Part shown: positions 54,549 through 64,000 of the stretch, one piece after another
Layout: each line of letters opens with the position of its first letter
Position numbering within the stretch: position 1 is the stretch's first letter
Origin: Antedon mediterranea
Lineage: Eukaryota; Animalia; Echinodermata
Direction of reading: 5' to 3'
Assembly (NCBI RefSeq): GCF_964355755.1
Contig: NC_092674.1
Span: forward strand, 16,554,001-16,618,000
Length of the DNA: 64,000 nucleotides
Made by a program: the position numbers and the translations under genes
The notes under the pieces: model-generated
Seen by the model: the letters and a program-made list of their open reading frames with translations, nothing else
The model's database searches: none
What the model was told of the DNA's origin: nothing

Positions 54549-55273
54549 AAATAATATCTTCCTAAGATAGAAGGCAGAGATTTGTCCCGAAGTTTTTCCA
54601 TTGTGCTCGCCTATGTCAGAACTAATCATAATTTATATATAGATGGACCTATAGTTGACCAGAAATTAAGTTAGGTAAAAATTGTATCAAAGTTCCACCT
54701 TGGAGTCAATTGTATAAAACTTTAAAATGATATTTGAATCTGAAATATACACATTGGTCGCGCTAATTTCAATGGTAGAGGCGGTTAAGTGAAGGGGTCT
54801 TCTGCACCACCTCAGTCCCATCATGGTTGGGGCTGAGGTAAAAAAAGGGAAACATAGACCTTTTAGTTGGTACAATCGTATCAAACTTCTCAATTCTTTA
54901 ACACTAATGTTGTTTGTACTGTCTACTTTTAATTTATGGATAGGGAAAGTCTCCACACACATAGACTGCCCAAATCATTATGCTTTAATACCAAATTTTA
55001 ACTCTTGCAATAGTTTTAAATTTAACCTAATATTAGTTATTTTGTCAGGTTGATAAACTTAATCATAATTCAATTGCAACATCGGACACTAGTGTGGGTA
55101 TGGTAGATGTTTTCTGGAATGTACTGTAGGTTTTATAAAACAAATTACAGTGGAAAATATATTCCTGAGTGTAGTAGTAAAATAATTTTTCAACATTTCG
55201 TCATCCGTAAGAGAGAGTACCTTATTTTGTTTACTTTACTCCTTTTTTTTAAATAACTTTGTTTTTTTTGCAG

Positions 55274-55443
55274 GATGGAACCGTCGCCAAACACTTGAAG
55301 CTCTTCTACGCAAAGGTGGTTTTAGAGGCAAAGTTACATTAGAATTTTTGAAAACAATTCGTGTTGTACGTTACCAAAGTGAAAAGTATAATCTTAGCTA
55401 TGATGAATTTGTATCAATGCGGCCTAAAAATGGGCGTGTTTAA
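55274..55443 (+). CDS. AMMECR1: AMMECR1 coding exon 5 (to stop)
   Basis: tttgcAG acceptor; (G)WNRRQTLEALLRKGGFRGKVTLEFLKTIRVVRYQSEKYNLSYDEFVSMRPKNGRV*, with LLRKGG and RYQSEK motifs; TAA at 55441-55443. Confidence 0.95.
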
Positions 55444-55589
55444 TGATACTCAGTCACATGAGACCCTTGCTCAGTATCCTTGCCTTGATTATTTATGATG
55501 ATGTTGTTTAGAAAAACCAGCTTTGGCAATCTCACCGTAATTATAAAATAGAATAATCTCTGTGTAAACTATTGTTTTATTCATTTAAC

Positions 55590-56027
55590 GATATTACACT
55601 CCAATCAGGGGTGTAAATATACCACGCTAAAACTTGCACACACGGAGGACCAAGGCGGTAATTAACTGAAATGGAAAATAATGGTGTATTTTTGGAGAAT
55701 GATGACGTCGGCATTCACACGAGGCGCGATGAGCTAGACAACGTAGGTAGGAGGAGTGCCTGTGTCTTGAAAATAACTCAGTTGGGGGTATTTTCTGAAG
55801 ATTTTAAATCGCCTTTTTTTTTTTAAACTCTTGAATTCATAAATAGTAAATAAACTCTTAGCTTTTTAACTATGTAGGCCTATTTACACAACTAATGCCA
55901 ACCCTAGCTCTAGGCCTACTCTTCTTAATTAAAAAAAGAGTCAAATTGAAAGAATACGTTGCATCTTTTTTTTTAGAATTAAGGGGAGTGGCTAGCAACC
56001 CTATTCAACCTCCACGATCCGCCACTG
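55590..56027 (+). repeat. Fragment related to the interior of the hAT MITE at about 9570-9970
   Basis: caggggtgtaaatatac...aatggtgtatttttggag...gaaaataactcagttg..ggtattttc..aagattttaaa is shared with 9591-9880; ends in a hAT-like ATCCGCCACTG. Confidence 0.7.
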
Positions 56028-56078
56028 GTCTCCACATCGTCTTAACATAACATACCGGTAGTGCATGCGCATTACTTA

Positions 56079-56937
56079 GGCCCTGTTTCTGCTGCCAATC
56101 CCAAATATACCGTATAAATATACCGTATATATACCGTATATGAAATTCATGCACCGTTTCCGCTGCACATACTTCGTGGGTGGGCTGTAAAAAAAGTTGG
56201 CTTTCATATACCCAAAATGCATTTTGTGAGACGGAAGTATGGATTGACCTAGAGTCTCGTGTAGTGAGGTTACATGACAAAAACAAAACAATGATGGTTT
56301 CTCAAAACGTCTTAGCATTGCTTTCTATTTTAAATCTAATGATCAGAAGTGGCAACGAATTTACATCGCACAAACAATCTAGAAATGTAGAATGGGCATT
56401 GACTACATTTATGCAAAGAAGACGACGGCGTTTGCCGATAACTTTGGCGTTATTAAGTCTACCACAAATTCTGCTTTTATTTTGTTTGAGATACTTTTGT
56501 AAATCTCGGTATCTCTTCTGTTGCCATGTAGTCTCCCCCCAACTTTCGCTTCTCTCCACAATTGAATTGCAAAAATAGTTATTTCTTCAGTCCACAGTGA
56601 TATTTTGATCTGTTGCTTGCTTATTATACACGTGTGTGTCAATGCAGCAGAAAAACCAAACAAACGCGTCACGCTCTGTTAGTTTTTGACCTCGTGTCAT
56701 GGGCCGGGTCACATATACGGTATATTTTGAGTGCAGCAGAAACGGGGTACGAAATATACGGTATATTTTGGAATATACCGTATAATATCCACAAACGATG
56801 GGGATATTTATGCGGTATATATACCGCATATATATACGGTATATTTTTTATGAGACCCATTTCTGCTGCCAAAAAATATACCGTATATAAAATATACCGT
56901 ATATATACGGTATATTTTTGGCAGCAGAAACGGGGCC
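56079..56937 (-). mobile_element. PIF/Harbinger non-autonomous element with a Myb/SANT (trihelix)-like remnant
   Basis: TIRs GGCCCTGTTTCTGCTGCCAA / TTGGCAGCAGAAACGGGGCC; TTA TSD (56076-56078, 56938-56940); ATATACCGTAT repeats. Minus ORF 56409-56672 contains WTEEITIFAIQLWREAKVGGRLHGNRRDTEIYKSISNKI. Confidence 0.85.
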
Positions 56938-58162
56938 TTAGTTGATGAATCTTTGAAATTTCCAAAAATGCATAGGATTACATAATCGGTTTTCTGTGCT
57001 CATTATTTTGAACATATATGTGTATGTGTTAGCTCAGATAACCTAAATTGGCATAAGTGATGAGTTAACACCAAAGTTTTAGTTTTAGTTTGATTTTTCA
57101 TAGTACTTTCATAATACTTTCATGGTCTCGCATTGGGTCCAAGTGTGTGCTGATTTTTTATGTATTATTTATAGAAAGCACTGAAAACATACATGTATGA
57201 AATTCTCTAATACCTAATTTGCAAGTTATTTTTATCTACAGTATTAATCATTTGAAGTCCAATCAATGCAAATGATAAGCAATTTGTTTTCAATTGCAGT
57301 TGACTTTTCAAATGAAACAATTTTTTTTATGTAGATGCTGACACTTTCCTATTTTATTACTTTTATAATTGAGCAAGGATTCATGTGACTGATTTTGAAT
57401 CGAAAACATTTATATGCTTTAGAATTCACATAGTAAGGGATGTAGTTAGACGTTAAGAGTTTTTTCTCGTACTACTTTGTTTTCTGTCAAAAGTCATTTC
57501 TTATAAAATCATCCAAAGCGTTTTATACATGATTTGATTTTGATGAAAATTGATGTACATATTGAGTGGGGTTTTTTATGCCAAAAATCAAAAGTTTGAG
57601 CAACCCAGAACAATGTTTTTTTTAACATGGTATGGCTAGAATTTGCAACTCCTTGTACCCACATTCCCAAAAGCTTACTACCCTAGTGAACCTATAAAAT
57701 AAAATAATGACCAGATTTTGCTTACAATTTAAGATTTGGCCATTATAGACCAAACCCAATATATACCAGTTTTCATCAAAATGTTGGCAAACATGTGAAC
57801 GGTACATTTATGTAAATGTTAATTGCCAATAGTTTACAGTTGTTTGAATGTGAAAGGGTGCTAATAGGAGATTTACTTTATCCCAATAGTTACACAACAA
57901 AGTTCAATAGTAATTCTATAACAAACTGAGGAGGTGGAAGTATTTTGCTGTCATAGGTACAGCTTCCACCACTGAACCAGAATGCTATCTGGTAGTTGTA
58001 GCCTATTTTATGAGGTCACTGTTTATGTTCATGTAATTAGGAATGCTTTTATCCATTTTTTACCAGTTTATATTTGAAAATGTTTTAGTTCGTTGTTTAT
58101 TATTAGTGTCAAGGTCATCCCATTTAAGTTTTAGCCTTGTTTTGATAAGTAACTGTCATAAT

Positions 58163-59522
58163 AGCCATGTTCACATAAGATTTTATCGTACTTTCTTATC
58201 GTGATATTGAATATCACGTCAGCAGGAAGAGTGTTCACAATAGAATTAACATTGTGATATAAGTATGCTATTATAAAGGGGCACTGAACTGATGTGTTTA
58301 GAGAACACGTGACGTGGGAAGGGATTGTTGATTTGTTTTTGTAGTGTGGGCCTCTATCTAGTAGCAGTAGCTAGCCAGCAGGCCTAAAATAATAAAGAAT
58401 AGTAACTAATAGGCTTTGTCCACGATTCTTTTGCGGATGAACCATGGCATCTTGCCTCAAATTTGTTCGTGTCAAAAAATAGGCCTAAGTAAGTAGCGAG
58501 CGTGAATTAATTTGAAAACAAACTCTATTACTTATTTCACCTCAATTTCGGCAGTAATCAAGAACATTCAAAATCGATAATTTTGCAGAACTTTAAGTTT
58601 CAAAACACACATGATTTTAACTATAAAAATCTCACCTTGTTTGGAAATGAAGTTGGTGATTTATTAACATTCCATCGTACACTCTCTATTTGCACGAAAG
58701 ATTGAACGTGGACGAATTTATTCACCAGACTAGTACGTATTTGTCCCGTCTGATGATAATGTATTCAATCACGCCACAACTGTACTACATCAAATATTTT
58801 ATTATTGGTATTACATTACTGTAATTTCAATGTATTTACTGAAATTCATGACAACAATATTTAATATGCATATAGGTCTAGGATAGTTAGTAAGTAGGCC
58901 CTACCCCCACCGTTTACGTACAACAATACATGTTTTACTTTGTGAAAAAAAAAAAATGGTGAAATCATCTACATGCACCACAACGATATTTTATTATCCA
59001 TTTCGTGGTTAAAATCAATAGTTTACAAAATAAAGGCAAGTTGCGGTGTGCGTGCAAATAGTGTGTCAGCCTTTTCGTAAGGTCATATATGCTTTTGTGG
59101 TGGATCGAGTGGGTTGGACGGTCTAGCTTTCTAAATAGTCCTGGCTGTTTCACATTAATTTCTGATTCGTTCACCAGATTTCAATCAGGTATTCTAACTT
59201 GATGTATGATGTCCGAAACGATATAGTGATATAAGCAATTTGACTATCAAAAAATCAAAACAACAATGGTGACTTCTTCTTCCGTTGGGTGGCCGATGAT
59301 GCAGTAAATAACCAAGCGCTGATTGTTTGAATTTCGTGTCTGCATTTAACGGTGTCTAATATATCATGATTACTTCGTAAGATCATGATAAATTAACAGG
59401 CTCTCCAAGAGCATGTTAGCCAGAATTAACGTGATAAACAAGATCACGTTAACGACTTCCTGCCGGTTCATAGAACATCATGATAAAGAAACTTACGATA
59501 ATTTGTGAATGTGAACCCAGCT
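58163..59522. mobile_element. Old Harbinger-like non-autonomous element
   Basis: Imperfect ends AGCCATGTTCACAT / ATGTGAACCCAGCT with ATCGT/ACGAT subterminal motifs; flanks AAT / ATT. Confidence 0.5.
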
Positions 59523-61244
59523 ATTGTGGTCTATAGCATGTATACAGTAGATTGTCAATTTGGCTTTTTATAAAGATTAGATTCTTTTATTTTTATTCAG
59601 TTTGAATCATTGAGATATTATAAGTCACTATCTCTATGATTCAATCTGTGTGTACTGTGTAGTCATTTAAACTGAAACAGACACTAAAATCAAACTACAC
59701 GCTATAGTAATTAGTATACTAAATCATTAGTTTAAATAATTTGAATGTAATGTATCTGTGAATATAATAAAAGTAATGGTGTTTATTCAGTATAGTTAGT
59801 ATGGTATTTGTATTTTATTGATTTGTTTCTAATCTATATAAATTACGTAAGGGAAAAACTCATTCAAACTCAAAAACTCATTTGTACTTGGCAGCAGAAA
59901 CGGCGCAAAATGAAATAACCGAATAAAAATTCAACCATATCCATTGCGTGTTTTAACCGATTATTTCTTGTTATAACCAATTATTGCGGAGCAGTTTTGA
60001 GCTGCAACACAAATAGCGATTATTGACCACACTTTAACCTCTAGAGTATGGCAACACAAAGCATGCTATTTATTTGCGCGATCGACGACTATCAACAAAT
60101 TTTGTGGGGGGAATTATACCGAGAGACTCCAGGATTCTGCGTTACAAGTATACAGTTACATCTCACCAGTCCAGGCTGATGTTTTGCATGTCCTTTTTTA
60201 GGCCTGTTGTTTCGGTAGAAATATATAGCCTAGCTAGGCCCTAGAGTAGAACCAACAACGGCGAAATGAACTTTTCTCGGCGACGTGCCCGCAGCCCTTA
60301 TTAATATAACATTCTGTTGTATGTGGTTCGGTAGAAGTAGGCCTAGATATTTATTTTACAAATAATATACAGTAGCTTTATGTAAGAGTTTAAAGCTCAG
60401 GTAAAGGCATGAATTTTAAGTATAATATCTGGTTAATTGTACATAAATCAAATATTTGTAACAGAAATCAAGACGAAAAACCATGAATAATAATATGGTC
60501 AAATACAAAATTTGGCAAAATTCTGCCAAAAAAAACAGGAAGACTTTTTTTCAGTAGTTAGGTAGTTAACATAATGCAATAACATGTCTGGTGACTCCCT
60601 AAAAGGTGAAAAAAGATGGTGGATATACGGTGGATTTTGCTATAGCATGAAAATAAAATTCTGAAGTTGAATAAAAATACCAGAAATGTAAAATTCAAGT
60701 TATATTACCTATATTTAGTCATCTGATAACATTTTTTACCACACTGTTTATTTTTCATAGCTTTTTAAAATGCCTCTCTATTTTTAAAATTTGTGTACAA
60801 AAGAATAGAGATTTTACTGTGTAATTTGAACTATCCCCCCACTGATATGAAAGTACTAATTTTCAACAAGCTCCTGTAACACAAATAAAATCCCAAAAAT
60901 TATGAAACATAGGGGAAACTATAGATCGATAATTATTGGAATGTATGATCAATAGAAATTTTTTGCCCGCACCTGGCCTTTAATTTTTAATCCTACATGT
61001 GAGAGTTTTAGGCAGCAATAGGATGTAAACAAACCAACTCTCATTGGCCTTCCATAACTTGAACTGCGCTGTGGATGACATGATTTTTAAAAAGCAATTA
61101 CCAGATAACCGATTAACATTTTCAGTTGCAACGTGGTCAATTCTGTGGTTTGTGGTACTTAGGAAAAATCTATTATTTTTATTTTTTCAGCAGAAAAAGC
61201 CCCTTAGGTATATAAAGTTGGTTCATACTTTTGGTACTGAATTT

Positions 61245-61440
61245 AATATTAGATCCCGTCAATTAAAGTTCCTGGGCCACTCGCTTCGAATGCCTGATGA
61301 CGAACCATGCAAAGAGTACGTGGGAAGAGAAGGCAGAGAACCATCCAACAGCTTTTAGGGGATGAAGGAGGCATGATTACCTCTGATAAGCTGTCAGAGT
61401 TAGCCAAGGACCGTTGTGGCTGGAGAAAGCTTGTAGTAAG
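61245..61440 (+). mobile_element. RTE-clade LINE 3' fragment
   Basis: IRSRQLKFLGHSLRM and, further on, LAKDRCGWRKLVV, the typical C-terminus of RTE ORF2. Confidence 0.7.
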
Positions 61441-62109
61441 TAACCCTAATTAAGTTGAGTTAGATATTTGGTTATTGACAATTAAAATTAATTTAATAGC
61501 TTCAATGATTTGCTTCGACCGTGGTATACACTGTCTAATACCCGTACACAATAATACAAGGATTTACCAATCTCCTTCTACGATAATTGTTTTTTATAGC
61601 TGAAAACCGGTTAAACAGCTCGAGTACAGCATCATAATGTACAAACCAAATTTGTTTAAAAAATACTATTTTGATAGGTTTAATATACGTTTATACAAAC
61701 GTATTAATTGGTGATGAATGTAACATTCCAACCTCTCACACAAGTAAGTAAATTCCCTTGGGAGATAAACTTGTATTGAAATACAGTAAAATAAAAATTG
61801 ATAGTTGTTTTAGTATGTTATGTTTTCATTTGATTTATCTTCTTTCTTTTGTCTTTACACTTCTCTGTATGTAATTTGTTTTGTTTATTTGTATTCATTA
61901 TTCATTTATTCATGGTCAAGCACAGTAAAAATATGTACTGTACATGGTTTCAAATTGTTTTTGTTCAAAATTAAAATTTTACATAAAAATGCTAGCTAGC
62001 TAGAGAGTAGGGCTAGTACCAACAGCGAAATGTATGTGGTAGTAGGCCTAAATGTTAATTGGGTTATAGTTTTGACTATGATTGGGTTTACAAATAATAT
62101 AGCTTTTAC

Positions 62110-62395
62110 GGAAGAGAAATTGTTCAAAAGTTGGTAAAATTACTAGAAAAGGCGGGAAAAACATAAATCACATGAAAAAAATATGGTTTTAACATGCCAT
62201 TTTTTCCAACAGAAAATATAAATATAAATTACACAATTTAAAATGTTATTTCTTTTTCGAACTATGCTAAAAACGCGAAATTCATAAAATCGTGTGTCGA
62301 GTCACATTGCGCAATTGTAAGCGTCAAGATAATGTTAGCTGCACAACTTCACGTGAATGACGATATGTTGATAAAGTTATGAAATGTTATGTTGA
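62110..62395 (-). repeat. Internal fragment of the Helentron-type family
   Basis: aaagttggtaaaattactagaaaagg...gcacaacttcacgtgaatg..atatgttga.aaagttatgaaatgtta matches about 33340-33730. Confidence 0.75.
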
Positions 62396-63001
62396 TGAAA
62401 TGTAAGATGAACTTTTTTGTCAAGAAGACAGCACCAAAAGGCATGGTTTATTATTTCTGATTTTAATCTGAAATTGCCACGACCATACTGGAGTGACATC
62501 TGAAAAGTGATAATATAACAAATAATCAATAATAAGATGTAACAAAATAAATTGAAAATTAATAAATTTTGCTACAAGTAGTAATTTACTGAAATTAATA
62601 GATTGTAGAAAAATTACAGAACTTGTTTCTTTGCCTTCCATAATCATAGCCTACTTTCTCTTCCACTACATTACTCTTAAAATGTAAAATAACGGTACTT
62701 CACATAAATTGAAGAAATATAATGATTAAAATGTCAACTGGTTAGTTAAATTTTAATTTATTCAAGAAATAGTTTTGATAGTTATCTATACAAGGTAGAC
62801 CTATCTATAATCTACAGTACCTGTTTCTACCAGCTAGCCCATGTGTACAATTATTTGTTTTATTTAGTGACTTACATGCTAGACCCAGACCTAAAACAAG
62901 TTAAAAGGTAGCCTCTAACTAGGCCTAGTAGACACACTTTACAAAAAACCCCTAACTTTCTGTATTCTCATTCTTGAGGACGATTAATGTATATTGAAGG
63001 A

Positions 63002-63273
63002 GTGGAGTTGTGGCTTGGTGGTTATGATGCTTGGCGTCCTGGGTTCAAGTCCTGTCATATGTCAGGATTTTTTCTCATGACAATTTGCAACTCCACTCCC
63101 AAAGACTTGTAATTAAGTCTTTGTTTATGTAGAGCATCTTGTGTATGTTTGTGTTGTGTATATGTTTGTGTTGTGAACAGGATTGCCACCTTTGAGAGAA
63201 GGACAGTGATTGAGTTCACTTGTGGTCTTCCTTGGCTATAAATGCCTAAAAAGAATAAATAAATAAAAATAAA
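63002..63273 (+). mobile_element. tRNA-derived SINE
   Basis: Pol III A box TGGCTTGGTGG (63011-63021) and B box GGTTCAAGTCC (63042-63052) with shortened spacing, a ~200-bp body and an (AATA)n tail. Confidence 0.7.
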
Positions 63274-63487
63274 TTGATCGAAATGTCAAGGTGTACCGCA
63301 AACTTTATATCAACGACTTAAATAATACATATATAAACACATTTGTTTTTGAATAATCAAATTAAAATGTACAAATTATTTATTACCAGACTAGATTACT
63401 AAGAAATTGTCGAATCTTGCTAAATTTATTCATAAAATATTTTGTTTGTTTAGCTGACTGATATATGCTAATTATTAATAAGATAAA

Positions 63488-63971
63488 AGGGAGTTTTCGC
63501 AACCTTACGAATACGATAACGAAAACGGATACGTCACACATTTGTGAAACTTTTGAGCTGATCCCCATTTCATATTCGTAAAGCGTATTCGTGTTGACGA
63601 ATATCACTAGTCATATAAACGAGTATAGTTTTTGATGTATTTTGCACATTTTGCACTTGAATCAGGAATGATTCATGATTATAATATAATTATACTTTTA
63701 TTGAAAGTAATTTACTAAAATGCCAGGTCAATTTTGATAATAGCAGTTTTAAAGTCCTCACTCGCTTTGATGTTACGCTAGGCCTAGGCAGCCAAGCATC
63801 AAGCAACACGTACCTGCGCTTTGCTCAAATTTACCGCAGTTATATTTTGGACGGCGCCCTCAATATTTTGTTGCCATGCAAAACAGATTTTTACTGGCTT
63901 ACGAAAAACGAATACGTGTGCGTGACGTATCCGTTTTCGTTATCGTATTCGTAAGGTTGTGAAAACTCCCT
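63488..63971. mobile_element. MITE with ~50-bp TIRs (Harbinger/ISL2EU-like ends)
   Basis: AGGGAGTTTTCGCAACCTTACGAATACGATAACGAAAACGGATACGTCAC and its near-perfect reverse complement at 63922-63971; TSD unclear. Confidence 0.8.
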
Positions 63972-64000
63972 ATTGTCTTAATTATGTTACTCATAGTAAT

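Noticed and set aside
58965-59200. Possible degraded Myb/SANT frame in the old Harbinger-like element
   Set aside because: Only faint similarity (LEYLIEIW, HHKSIYD) across a stop and frameshift; insufficient without a profile search.
63002-63075. tRNA gene
   Set aside because: A-B box spacing is too short, no anticodon arm or acceptor stem can be folded, and a body plus A-rich tail follows; better called a SINE.

Overview
AT-rich, intron-containing animal (invertebrate-type) genomic DNA, not prokaryotic. One host gene can be built: AMMECR1 (+ strand, 5 coding exons from 10800 to 55443, all GT-AG and phase-consistent, 236 aa). Almost everything else is transposon-derived. The main finding is an apparently intact 7.4-kb Zator-type DNA transposon in AMMECR1 intron 4 (44575-51979; 30-bp TIRs, TAA target duplication). 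It encodes a spliced DD43E transposase and also a divergently oriented, spliced BEN-domain gene, and it has ACGCGT-rich subterminal arrays. Zator elements are classically single-gene, so this looks like a two-component element with its own DNA-binding partner. Other notable structures: (i) a head-to-tail or nested stack of Helentron (Helitron2)-type non-autonomous elements at 23745-35650, including three piled-up 5' hairpin ends; (ii) a triple nest (THAP-bearing P/hAT-like element > LINE > hAT MITE) ending about 115 bp upstream of the AMMECR1 ATG; (iii) many MITEs with 2-, 3-, 4-, 6-, 7- and 8-bp target duplications, LINE fragments and a tRNA-derived SINE. All family assignments come from reading motifs by eye; no database search was run.
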